The notes under the pieces are model-generated. The model made no database searches, was not told where the DNA came from, and was given only the letters and a program-made list of their open reading frames with translations. A stretch of DNA of 34,962 nt from contig NC_068996.1 of assembly GCF_001194135.2 (NCBI RefSeq), positions 45,354,968 through 45,389,929 of the forward strand, in the 5' to 3' direction. Both the position numbers and the translations under genes were made by a program. The DNA is from Octopus bimaculoides. Lineage: Eukaryota. Position 1 is the stretch's first letter; the number at the start of each line of letters is the position of its first letter. Of this stretch, positions 11,296-22,629 are shown piece after piece.

Positions 11296-11903
11296 GCATA
11301 TGTGATGCACCTTGCACACCACCACTAGATCCGGTTTATTATGCTCTAGCACCTGATCTCTTTGTACTGGGAAATCCCGGAGGATTATGCTAGTCTCCGA
11401 CTCTGCCACTCTCTGCGAATTGTACTCATACCATGTCTTGCCTCTCTCTACCCCCCACTTATCGCAGTTTCAATGTAGCACTTCCGCTACCTGGTATTGT
11501 CGCCACAGCTTGTAGTGGTTTTGGACAATGCATTCATTCATAATATGGGCAATGGTTTCATCCACTCTATTACAGATGCGGCACAGCAGAGACACTTGTT
11601 CATTCCCCAGGTTGACCCTCCAGTTCGTGACCAAAGCTTGGTCCTGCACTGCCAGTATAGTGCTCTCGGTCTCTTTTTTCAATGTTCCTTTCTTCAGCCA
11701 TTTCCACGTATTTTTTCCAGCAACTTCTGTTGTGGCTACATGGAATTGATTGTGTAGTCCCTTCTCGTGCAATTCTTCTTCATGTCCTTTTTGTACTTCT
11801 TCCTTCGTTTTTCCTGTATTCTCTGGTTTCAATACTCCCTCGTTCCTAACTGTCACTAGCAAGGTTTCCTTACTCTGGGCTAAGTATCTCATTACGCTCT
11901 CGA
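11296..11903 (-). pseudogene. RLE-type (R4/Dong-like) LINE fragment: post-RT region, CCHC finger and start of the PD-(D/E)xK endonuclease
   Basis: ORF 11470..11892 reads WLKKGTLKKETESTILAVQDQAL...CRICNRVDETIAHIMNEC. It continues after a frameshift as KWGVERGKTWYEY...IILRDFPVQRDQVLEHNKPDLVVV. The 5' end runs into a gap. Confidence 0.85.
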
Positions 11904-12366
11904 NNNNNNNNNNNNNNNNNNNNNNNNNNNNNNNNNNNNNNNNNNNNNNNNNNNNNNNNNNNNNNNNNNNNNNNNNNNNNNNNNNNNNNNNNNNNNNNNN
12001 NNNNNNNNNNNNNNNNNNNNNNNNNNNNNNNNNNNNNNNNNNNNNNNNNNNNNNNNNNNNNNNNNNNNNNNNNNNNNNNNNNNNNNNNNNNNNNNNNNNN
12101 NNNNNNNNNNNNNNNNNNNNNNNNNNNNNNNNNNNNNNNNNNNNNNNNNNNNNNNNNNNNNNNNNNNNNNNNNNNNNNNNNNNNNNNNNNNNNNNNNNNN
12201 NNNNNNNNNNNNNNNNNNNNNNNNNNNNNNNNNNNNNNNNNNNNNNNNNNNNNNNNNNNNNNNNNNNNNNNNNNNNNNNNNNNNNNNNNNNNNNNNNNNN
12301 NNNNNNNNNNNNNNNNNNNNNNNNNNNNNNNNNNNNNNNNNNNNNNNNNNNNNNNNNNNNNNNNNA

Positions 12367-12570
12367 TGAGCACTATCTTTTGGACTTCAGCCATTTTGGG
12401 GTTTCCTGGTATCTGAGCTAGGTAGTAATCAGCCCGTTTCGCTGTCATTCCCAGGGCACCTATGACAATAGGTATTGTTTTCGTCTTCAGATTCCACATT
12501 TTGCTAATTTCTATTTCAAGATCTTTATATTTGCTCAGTTTTTGGTAGGTCTTGACAGATACGTTTATAT
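12367..12570 (-). pseudogene. RLE-type LINE endonuclease C-terminus, 5'-truncated against (TAA)n
   Basis: In-frame INVSVKTYQKLSKYKDLEIEISKMWNLKTKTIPIVIGALG...EVQKIVL. The (ATT)13 tract at 12574-12613 abuts the 5' end; the 3' end runs into a gap. Confidence 0.85.
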
Positions 12571-12571
12571 C

Positions 12572-12614
<43 letters not shown>

Positions 12615-13074
12615 AAGACAATTACAGACCGAGAACCAACATTTCAAATTAAAAGAATTTCAGAAACACAACGATGCCAAACTAAGCTCCGTAATTAATA
12701 CGTTTGTTTATTTATTTGTTATTTTACTTGTTGCTATCACCATTGCTATCACCACCACCACTATTTCCACCATCACCACCACCACCATTTCCACCATCAC
12801 CACCATAACCATACCACCGCCATTCCTTCTAGCCTCACCCCACCCATCCCGCCAAAAAACAGAAAGAGAAATATAAAGATTGCATTATTATTTCTAAAGG
12901 CTTGCTTTTATCAACAAATTTTTTTTTCAACATTGCATTTTTGAATTAAAGATTATTTGTTCGATTCAACCAAAATTAATTAATTTCAGTTGAAACATCA
13001 AGTCATTAAGAAGGTTTCTATTTTTGTTTGAATTTATCTTTATAAAATCTTGCTCCTAGTTTTGATGTGTTTAG

Positions 13075-13352
13075 ATGCATGTGAGTTTGTGTATGTGAGT
13101 GTGTTTGTGTGTGTGTTTGTGTGTGTGTGTGTGTCTGTGTGTGTATTTGTATGTGTGCGCGTGTGTGTATAAGCGTGTGTGTGAGAGTTAGTCTTTATTT
13201 GCGACTGTGTTTGTCCCGCTTTTTCTCTCACTGTCCGTTTGTTTGTCCGTGTCAGCGTGTGTGCATTTGTTCATGTGCGCGTGCGTACACGTTTGTGCGC
13301 GTGTGTACACGTGTGTGCGTGAAAGAGGGAGAGTGAAAGAATGAGAGAGACA
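13075..13352. repeat. Degenerate (GT)n/(GA)n microsatellite
   Basis: Read directly from the sequence. Confidence 0.85.
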
Positions 13353-14029
13353 GAGCCAATATACGTATAGAGAGTAGAGTAACTGAATCACTTCATAGCA
13401 AAAACTAAATAAATAAATACATATATAAATAATGGCTTCTGCGTTACTTACACTAGATTTAAATCACATGACAAATGACACATTGCCAGTTCGACTCTCA
13501 TCAAATAATAGTTTAGACTAAATATTTACGATTGAAAATATAGCTGCCGCCTAATTTATTGAATGCTTGTGTCCACCTACATATATTTACACTGTAATGA
13601 CATTTTCTTCCTTCCAGCAACATACAATAAGTACTTCTAAAATATTGTTAATTTTATCGCATGCAAATTTGAAGTATTTAACAAACATACCTGCGGCTTA
13701 AGTACGCTACGTTACCATAGATATCCGCTAACGAGGAGTCTCCTAATGGTAGGTAAGACAAAGCAGAAATAGCAGTCAATACGGGAGCTGCCAAATTTCT
13801 CTCAATATACTATAGTGTCTTATGTATGCGTGCGCCAACGATAGAGAAAGCCCTTTTTGTGACAGTTAAACCTATTACAAATAGCAGCTGATCAACCTCA
13901 AATCACATCCTACTGTTCTGATTATATATATATATATATACATATATTCGGAATTAGGGAACTTCATATAATCTACTCTTTCGTTTGGATAATTTACTAC
14001 TTCCATGGTTCTGCTAGCTATGAAACATA

Positions 14030-14385
14030 TGTAGCCTGGGTTTTATCTACTCCATCCCCTACATTTAGGCCTTTATTCACCTACAGGGTATTCCCAGTTG
14101 CTAACCGTGGACTATAGAATAACTTCTTTCAGCTTATTGAGCTTCGATATAGGAAAAAATTTAGAACCTTCTACATCAATAAATCACTATTGTCCCTGAA
14201 AGCTGTTTTTATACCATCTACAGACTGCTCGAGGCTTACTAACTTCCTACACCTCGATCCCTGAATTTTACCTTTGCATATATTTAAATATATACATATA
14301 TTCAAGTAAGCCAATGATGGAATTTTTACGTTATCGTTAGATCTGACAGAAATAATAGCTAAGTATCTCATAGAATAAGCAATTA
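14030..14385 (-). pseudogene. Possible ancient RLE-LINE fragment (region downstream of RT)
   Basis: Weak motifs only: SRCRKLVSLEQSVD resembles the GGRGL-S-EQ motif, and gctaagtatctcat (MRYLA) is shared with 11879-11892. Confidence 0.3.
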
Positions 14386-14445
14386 ACTTATATATGTCTA
14401 CACACACACACATACGCACATACATATATATACATATATATATAC

Positions 14446-14502
<57 letters not shown>

Positions 14503-14512
14503 NNNNNNNNNN

Positions 14513-14573
<61 letters not shown>

Positions 14574-14660
14574 GGAGCAAATAATTCATGAGAAAATATT
14601 TGTGAAGGTACCATTGACTGTTATTATCTAGTGTAACAACTTTAAAATGATATATATAAG

Positions 14661-14970
14661 TGAAGGTGCGTGGCTTAGTGGTTAGGGCATTCGGCTCCCG
14701 ATCATAAGGTCGTGAGTTCGATTCCCGGCGACGCGTGGTGTCCTTGAGCAAGATACTTTATTTCACGTTGTTCCAGTCCAATCAGCTGGCAATAATTGAG
14801 TAGTACCTGTATTTCAAAGAGCCGGCCTTGTCACGCTGAGTCTCCCTGAGAACTACGTTTAGGGGTACACATGTGTGTGGATTGCTCAGTTACTTGCACG
14901 TTAATTTCACGAGCAGGCTGCTCCACTGATCGTATCAGCTGGGACCCTCGTCGTCGTAACCGACGGAGTG
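14661..14970 (+). mobile_element. SINE family B, full-length (tRNA-Arg-like head + CORE-like domain; resembles octopus OR-type SINEs)
   Basis: A box TGGCTTAGTGG at 14671 and B box AGTTCGATTCC at 14715. gtgtccttgagcaagatacttta...cagctggcaataattgagtagtacc resembles the MIR/CORE domain. The family name is from memory. Confidence 0.9.
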
Positions 14971-15870
14971 CTCCCATATATATATATATATATATATATA
15001 NNNNNNNNNNNNNNNNNNNNNNNNNNNNNNNNNNNNNNNNNNNNNNNNNNNNNNNNNNNNNNNNNNNNNNNNNNNNNNNNNNNNNNNNNNNNNNNNNNNN
15101 NNNNNNNNNNNNNNNNNNNNNNNNNNNNNNNNNNNNNNNNNNNNNNNNNNNNNNNNNNNNNNNNNNNNNNNNNNNNNNNNNNNNNNNNNNNNNNNNNNNN
15201 NNNNNNNNNNNNNNNNNNNNNNNNNNNNNNNNNNNNNNNNNNNNNNNNNNNNNNNNNNNNNNNNNNNNNNNNNNNNNNNNNNNNNNNNNNNNNNNNNNNN
15301 NNNNNNNNNNNNNNNNNNNNNNNNNNNNNNNNNNNNNNNNNNNNNNNNNNNNNNNNNNNNNNNNNNNNNNNNNNNNNNNNNNNNNNNNNNNNNNNNNNNN
15401 NNNNNNNNNNNNNNNNNNNNNNNNNNNNNNNNNNNNNNNNNNNNNNNNNNNNNNNNNNNNNNNNNNNNNNNNNNNNNNNNNNNNNNNNNNNNNNNNNNNN
15501 NNNNNNNNNNNNNNNNNNNNNNNNNNNNNNNNNNNNNNNNNNNNNNNNNNNNNNNNNNNNNNNNNNNNNNNNNNNNNNNNNNNNNNNNNNNNNNNNNNNN
15601 NNNNNNNNNNNNNNNNNNNNNNNNNNNNNNNNNNNNNNNNNNNNNNNNNNNNNNNNNNNNNNNNNNNNNNNNNNNNNNNNNNNNNNNNNNNNNNNNNNNN
15701 NNNNNNNNNNNNNNNNNNNNNNNNNNNNNNNNNNNNNNNNNNNNNNNNNNNNNNNNNNNNNNNNNNNNNNNNNNNNNNNNNNNNNNNNNNNNNNNNNNNN
15801 NNNNNNNNNNNNNNNNNNNNNNNNNNNNNNNNNNNNNNNNNNNNNNNNNNNNNNNNNNNNNNNNNNNNNN

Positions 15871-15904
<34 letters not shown>

Positions 15905-17034
15905 CACGCGCACACACTCACATATATATGTATATACGCACACCTTTTAGAAAGGCGAGATGGTCATGAAGGGAATGTCTTGGATCATTATTTTGATCAA
16001 TCAGCACTGACTATAAAGCAGCTTTAACTGTGAAGCTAATGAGGAAGCCTCTATGTAGCCACTCAACTTGCTAGTTATAGCACCACATCTACCTCATATC
16101 ACACCCTGATGTTAGAAAAATTGTAGGACTTATTAGAAAGTGTAATCATAGAGATGGAAATAACTGATAGAGCACGTGTTGTTTATGATCGAAACGTTTT
16201 CTATGATAGGTTTTCTGAATCAATTTTGATGTGGGGAGGGTAGTGAACCGACATCAATGGTGGCGATGGCGGCAACAACAGCAGACCACTGTAAAGTAAA
16301 GATACATCTAAGTGACATTTACTACCTAATCTAGTCCTGTTCTTTCCTGAAAACCTTGAGAAGTCACTCTCGTGACATAGCAACAACATTCTACTCTATC
16401 GAGGAAGTGATTGACAGAAGGTTTGGCAATGCTTTATTTTCCCACACTGAAACAGCACAACATTGGTCTGATGTCTAACCTTCAAACTCCAGTATAACAT
16501 TGAAACTACTTTTGTCACCATTATTCTTATCAAAAAGAAAAAGCCGTGGCTTCATACTGTCAGTTGCTGACTGTAATTGTACTGACCCTTGGAAGGGAGT
16601 ATAAACCGAAGCAGCAGCATTTTTCTTTTCATCTAAATCTTCTTCAAGCAAATTTCAGCTTTGTCAACTTTTTGCCGAGCCATACTTTCTTCTTCACTTT
16701 GATTTAATCCTGCTTTAGTGAAGCAGTGCCTGTTACTTGTCAAGTGTGGGGTTTTCTACTTTGATATTGAATCGGGCATCAGACATGGTTTATGTTATCT
16801 GCCAAGCGGATGTTTCTGTGAACTTTACTTTCACCTACACGTTGACGTTATTTCCTTTCGCTTTCTTTTATCTGTCTTGATTAATTGCCATTATGAAGGT
16901 TTTAATTCTTTCAAAAAAAAAAAAAAGTTGTCCTGGGTTGCTGATAACATGCATATTGAAATAGAGCTTTCAAAATGCAAAACGAATAAAATAAATATTT
17001 AAATTTACAAAAATTCTTTCAAATTACTATATTT

Positions 17035-17370
17035 TCTGTGTCATTAAACTGCTGCTTTGCTGGAGCACATCCCTGAACAGTTTTAGTCTATAAAATCAGC
17101 TTCATTATTTATATTTAAAGTCTAGTACTCATTTTGTCGATTCTTTTGCCAGATAGCTAAGTTACGGAGACGTAAGCAAATCAGCACCACTTGCCAGGTG
17201 ATGTGGGATGAGACAAATCAAAAACATCGCCCATATATATATATATATATATATATATACGTTGGGCTTCCACAGTTTCTGTCAATCAAATTTTCTCACT
17301 ATATTAGCAGATGTTTGCCCAAAGCGCCACGCAGTGAGAGTAAACTCTAAAACCAAATGATTTCGAGTTT
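17035..17370 (-). mobile_element. SINE family A, degraded near-full copy
   Basis: Body (gctggagcac...gctaagttacggagacgtaa), (TA)n, then head remnant (gcccaaagcgccacgcagtg), in the same order as 32041-32550. Confidence 0.7.
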
Positions 17371-17711
17371 ATATAGGCCTGCGCCTATCTTCTGCAAAAT
17401 ATTTTTAAAATGCAGTCAACGTTCAGTCAACGGAGATATTTAAACATAAAATAATTTAAACGAAATTTTTATAATCTTTACAATGCTAGAATAATTATTT
17501 ATAGGAACAACCTTTTCAAGGGAAGTTAATAATATAGGTCTGAATCACTGCTGAGGGGCAAATTTGAGAATCTTTTTGTTCATCTTCCAAAAGCTGGACG
17601 CAAGCAAAATTATTTAAACTTCTTTTATAAAGATTTTGTTTTTATTTATATAATTTTTAATGTAAAGTCATTTGAAGATAAATTTTTAAGTTGATATGTG
17701 CTGAAATCGCA

Positions 17712-17815
17712 GAGTCGTCAGCACATCGGTAAAGAAAGTTTCGTGGCATTTGTTCTGACACTACTCTCAAAGTTCAAATCTCACTAGACTCAACTTTGCC
17801 TTTCTTCTTTTCGGA
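17712..17815 (+). mobile_element. SINE family C, degraded
   Basis: agtcgtcagcacatcgg...aagttcaaatctcactagactcaactttgcctttcttcttttcgg aligns with 19670-19775. Confidence 0.55.
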
Positions 17816-18237
17816 CCTTTGTGTTATGAGTTCAACTCACAATCTGGCCTACTTAGCTAGTAAAGTTAATCCATCACCGAGTTGAACACCGCCACCTGAC
17901 AACTATGGTATCATTAGCAGAGGATTCCAATCTCTTGCAAGTTTTAAGGCCAGATCTCTGTTTTGTCAAATACCTTCCTTCTTCCTTTACACTAGACTCG
18001 AAGGTATTGTAGAGGGACACAAACACTGCCTTCCACTCTTAAAGGGAGAAAAAAATACAGTAACATCTCTTTTTTTTATGGGAGCCTATAAAACCTCACA
18101 CTCAAGTCTGACTAGTCAGCTTGTGACACAGGCATAAATGCTACCCATGAGCCACATACAATCACAAGATTGTATTATCCTTTGCTTTTAAATTCGTTTA
18201 AAATGATGTAAACAAAAAACAATAGTCGCAAATATTT

Positions 18238-18392
18238 TTTACTTTCGGCACTAGGCCAGCAAATTTGAGGAAAGGGGTAAGTTGATTATATCGACGCCAG
18301 TTCTCAACCGGTACTTATTTTATCGATCCTGAAAGGATAAAAACCGCTAAACATTTTATCCGACGTGCGAACGATTCTGCCAGCTCTCGACC
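18238..18392 (-). mobile_element. SINE family C, internally deleted
   Basis: gtacttattttatcgatcctgaaaggataaaa and cgtgcgaacgattctgccagctc are the reverse complement of the 19656-19867 central domain and head. Confidence 0.8.
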
Positions 18393-18879
18393 TTAAATAG
18401 AATAAGATATCAAATATTAGAATTTTGTTTCGTAATTTATTTTTAGTGCTTAATATATAAAATATCGAATTTTGGCATTATTAGGAAGCATTATGCAACT
18501 CTAATGAAGTCTATATCATTCTTCAAAAAAAAAAAAATTCAGTTCATTATAAACCATAACGAATCGTTTCTTCTGGCTTTAGATTTTAAAAAAATATCTT
18601 GTTTTGAATTTGTGATTCTCGGCATCAAGACAGCGTTGTACACCAGATTTCATTTGTAAATCATTTTCCTAAGTCTGTATTGATTCATAAACACACACCC
18701 GTATATTCGTAATTCCAGTTCATAAAGTATTATCTCATATAGACAGAAACATTTCTTTTTGAGACAGGTAGAGTATAATATAAAGTGCAAATGGCTGATA
18801 TTTCTAGTTGGTTGAGCGACCACGTACTGTGTCGCTTCACGGATCAGTTTTCAAATGTTTAATACGATTTCTCTTTTAC

Positions 18880-19490
18880 TTATTTCGGGTTTCTGACTGC
18901 GGCTATGCTGGGGAACTACCATCAAGGGTTTTAGTCGAACAAATCGACCGCAGGACTTATTCTTTAAAAGTCAAGTACTTATTCTACAGGTCTCTTTTGC
19001 CGATCTGCTTCGTTACGAGGACATATGCACATCACCAGAAGTTGTCAAGCGGTGGTGGGTGATAAACACAGACACAAAGACAAGCACGCAGACATATTCG
19101 CACGCGCATGATATATATATATGTTGACTGAACACTATTCAATTTTTTTTCTCCGTGTTTTTCTCCTTGTCTCCGTATTCTTTCTGTTGAAGAGCGTAGC
19201 TCGAAACGTCAAAGACTTTCCGTATTCCCGAGCGTCATACTAATATATACTTTTGTTATTTACACCACCTGTCCTCGTCTGTTGTTATTTTTTGTATATT
19301 CTCCCATATATATATATATATATATATATATACGACGGGCTTCTTTGAGTTTCCATCTACTAAATCCACTCACAAGCCTTTGGTCAGCCTGAGGTTATAG
19401 TAGAAAACACCTGTCCAAGATGCCACGCAATGGAACTGAGCCCGGCGCCATGTGGTTGGGAAGCAAACTTCTCACCATAAAGTCACGCTT
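18880..19490 (-). mobile_element. SINE family A carrying a ~180-bp insertion in its internal (TA)n
   Basis: Body 18880-19090, (TA)n, insert 19123-19305, (TA)n, head 19333-19490. Confidence 0.8.
19179..19215 (+). ncRNA. Minimal type I hammerhead ribozyme motif (A6U core variant)
   Basis: tcttt-CTGTTGA-A-[GAGC gta GCTC]-GAAAC-GTC-aaaga. Stem I is 5 bp (tcttt/aaaga), stem II is 4 bp, stem III is the palindrome ACGT, and the cleavage triplet is GUC. Confidence 0.75.
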
Positions 19491-19655
19491 GTTTGTTTGT
19501 TTTTTTTTTTTGTTTTTTTTGTTTCCTTATACTTTATGTCTTTAAATATTTTAATTTTGCTTGATTAATACCATTGAATTTACCTTGATCTGGTACGACA
19601 GAAGTTAATTTGGAAACACATCCTCATCACCACCATTATTAACACCATCATTTGA

Positions 19656-19867
19656 GGCGGCGATCTGGCAAAATCGTTAGCACGTCAGGAGAAATGCTTT
19701 GCGGTACTTCACCCGTCACTACGTCCTGAGTTCAATTTCCGCCAAGGTCGACTTTGCCTTTCATCCTTTTGAGTTCGATAAAATAAGTACCAGTTGAACA
19801 CTGGCGTCGGTGTAATCGGCTCATCCCCTCCCCCGAAATTGCTGCCCTTGTGGTAAAACTTGAAACC
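19656..19867 (+). mobile_element. SINE family C, full-length
   Basis: tRNA-like head (ggcggcgatctggcaaaatcgttagcac...gagttcaatttcc) plus central aggtcgactttgcctttcatccttttgagttcgataaaataagtaccag. About nine related copies lie in the window. Confidence 0.85.
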
Positions 19868-19940
19868 ATTATTAACATCATCATCATCAACCATATATTA
19901 CAACTTGTAGTTGTTCGGGCTTCGAGTTGGATACACCGCT

Positions 19941-20136
19941 CACGTGGAGTTGCTGAAAAGTTCCTGGATCAGTTAATAATGATTTTATTCAACATATTAC
20001 CCTCTCAGATTCACCCAGGTATTGCAGTGGTCCTTCAGTTTTTCTAAGCCCAGTAAAAGAACTCGGAATGGTGGGCTTCCAAACCAGGCCTTTCACGATA
20101 CTCTTAAAACCAAGAACTCTTCAGCGCCCACTCATA
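19941..20136 (-). mobile_element. mariner-derived MITE with transposase C-terminal remnant
   Basis: The TIR cores GCTGAAAAGTTCCTGG and revcomp GCTGAAGAGTTCTTGG match at 14/16. The minus strand encodes KKLKDHCNTWVNLRG*YVE, like the mariner C-terminal RWxKCxxxxGxYxE motif. Confidence 0.8.
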
Positions 20137-20489
20137 TCTCTTCTTAATTGATCAGCGTCGGCATGCATCCTAGGACCAGCAGATATTAAACAGAATGGTG
20201 TTCCAAGATGTCATCCAGCATTGGTTCGAAATGGCTACATGGAACATTAATGATTTCTAAACGGGTACTCAAGTTTTGTAGGCACATAGTTGATTCTATT
20301 CATTCACTGCTTGACTACTACGTTATTTATAGAGGAAAATTATGAAAATTAAGTATACTTGGGTAGTAATTGAACACAGAGCGTATGCAACATTTCATAA
20401 CTGCTTGACATTTTTGCCCGACGCTCAAAAGATTCTATTATTTCCCTAGTAATTGCTTCTGATAAAGGAACAAAACTAGACATTTGCAG

Positions 20490-21005
20490 GAGATGAACCG
20501 GTTATGTCGACTCCAGTATTTAAATATATTTTACCGAACCTGGGAGGATAAAAGGTAAAGTAAGTTTCAACAGAATTTGAACGTGTAATATAAAGCTATC
20601 GAACAAATAACGTAAAGTATTTTGCTGACACTCGAACGATTCAGCCATTTTACTAAGCTGAATAGCTGATTTTAATATAGGTCAATAACTTTGGGAGTGG
20701 TATGCAATCGAACTAACTGGTACATTATTTTATCGATCCCAAAAGATTAATAGCATAGTAAATCTCGGCGGGATTTGAGATCAGAACATAAAGGCTTGGA
20801 ACAGATATTGCAAAGTGTTTTGTTCGACGCTCTAACGATTTTGTCGGTTTTCTAATATTTGCACAATGGCACAGAATATGGCGCAATCATATATCCAATT
20901 AAATCTTCTACAGTAATTGAACAGTACTAATTTTTTCGACACCAATAAGATGAAAGACAATGTTGATGTCGGTAGAATTTGTACTCAGAATATAAAGGAC
21001 AAATC
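20490..21005 (-). mobile_element. Three consecutive degraded SINE family C copies (~20490-20647, 20672-20850, 20912-21005)
   Basis: Each carries a variant of ttttatcgacccc-aaaggatgaaaggcaaagtcgacctcggcggaatttgaactcagaa. Confidence 0.65.
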
Positions 21006-21899
21006 TAGAAAGATCTATAGATTTCTTTTTTTTAGCCAGCACTGCAACAAGGCATTCTCTCCGTCACTCGCCACGCAATTTGTTTTCTACTCTCTCTTTA
21101 TGAAAATTTTTTGAGATGAAAACGTAAGGAAGCATAATCTAATTTAAATTTCAGTTTTTTCTTTGGCTCAAATTTCTTTGGAAACCTAAAATTTTTTTTA
21201 AAAACTAATCATTTTCTTTTTCATTATTTTAATTTAATTTTAATTTTTGTTTTGCTTTGATCATGTGTCATCTGTAATTATCTTTATTATAATTTTCATA
21301 ATTCCCTTTTACTACTGCTCCTAAGAAGTAATCGATGGATTTCTTTCATCACCTACATTAAACAGTTTTATAATCGAATCTCATTCCTTCATCTTTTAAC
21401 TTAAACTTTTTCAGTCATGTTCAATCTTTTTTTGTTTTATTTTGTTTTGTTTTGTTTTGTTTTTTTACGTTTACCTGTTTCACTACTTCTCCTGACTTTT
21501 TTTTAATACAAAACGAATATAAATTTCTTGCGTGTCTGTATGTGTGAAAGTAACTATGTATGAGTGTATATATATGTGTGTGTGTGTGTGCTAACCACAC
21601 CTTATCCAAAAGAAGCGATTGTCATCTCATTTGTGTTTAGCATACCTTTTCGAACTAATAAGGGAGTTTGAATCTCTAACTATGATCACTCTTTCTGCTA
21701 AAAATAGCAGCCAAATTTCTTTCAAATCAAACGCGTGCTGCCCTTTAAAAATATGACATTACACTGAATAATATAGTCTTAAATATAAACTGTCTTGGAG
21801 ACAGGATCGTCACACTTAGAACGCTCTTCATTATAGGTTTTCACTATCATGACTGATTTGGGTTTAAACAACCACAACAATTACATTTATTTTTTATAT

Positions 21900-21903
<4 letters not shown>

Positions 21904-21980
<77 letters not shown>
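21904..21980 (+). repeat. (CT)n microsatellite, about 38 units
   Basis: Read directly from the sequence. Confidence 0.95.
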
Positions 21981-21983
<3 letters not shown>

Positions 21984-22035
21984 CTCCAATCCCATTTTAT
22001 TATTCGTTCTGGTAACAGTTGTCTCAGCCAACATA

Positions 22036-22231
22036 AAGGCAGCGAGCTGGCACAATCATTAACACGACGGACAAGATGGTTGGCAGGATTTTTCTTGTCT
22101 TAAAGTTTAAATTCCGCTGAGGTCGACTTTGTCTTTCATTCTTTAGGGGTCTATAAAATAAATACCATTTGAGCACTGGGGTCAATGTAATCAACCCCGA
22201 AATTGCTGGCCTCGTGCCATAATTTAAAACC
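22036..22231 (+). mobile_element. SINE family C, near full-length
   Basis: aaggcagcgagctggcacaatcattaacacg...gaggtcgactttgtctttcattctttaggggtc aligns with 19656-19867. Confidence 0.85.
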
Positions 22232-22270
22232 AATGTTTGAACCAACATGGAGGCAATAGACGTGATTGTA

Positions 22271-22629
22271 TAGGGTGTTCCTAAAGTCTTGTCACTCCCT
22301 AACGAAAGGTAATAAGAACAATAGAGGGACAATATAAGAATATCAAAGATATGTACTGGTTTTAGTATATTCGTCTTCCTTGACATTGGCACTATCACAC
22401 ATCGAGAAGGTATGTATGAACACCATCATTTTCGTGGTACAGAATGATGCGGTGCCATATCCTGTGTGATATTTTACGAAGCTGTGCTTTGGTGATTGTT
22501 GCAAAGGCTGCCGAAAAAGCGTCCTTCAACTGTTGGATATTCTGGTATCGCTCTTGTGAAACTCTCTCCTTGATAATAGAAAATTAAAACAATATTTACA
22601 GTTGGTGATAAGACTTTCGGACCACCCTG
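22271..22629 (-). mobile_element. Tc1/mariner non-autonomous element with 20-bp TIRs and a transposase C-terminal remnant
   Basis: Left TIR TAGGGTGTTCCTAAAGTCTT vs right revcomp CAGGGTGGTCCGAAAGTCTT (17/20), with TA/CA flanks. The minus strand (~22393-22560) encodes QERYQNIQQLKDAFSAAFATITKAQLRKISHRIWHRIILYHENDGVHTYLLDV*. Confidence 0.85.

Noticed and set aside
14661-14730. tRNA-like sequences here and at 8273, 10450, 19656 and 24120
   Set aside because: They lack a complete acceptor stem and run directly into SINE bodies, so they are SINE heads and not tRNA genes.
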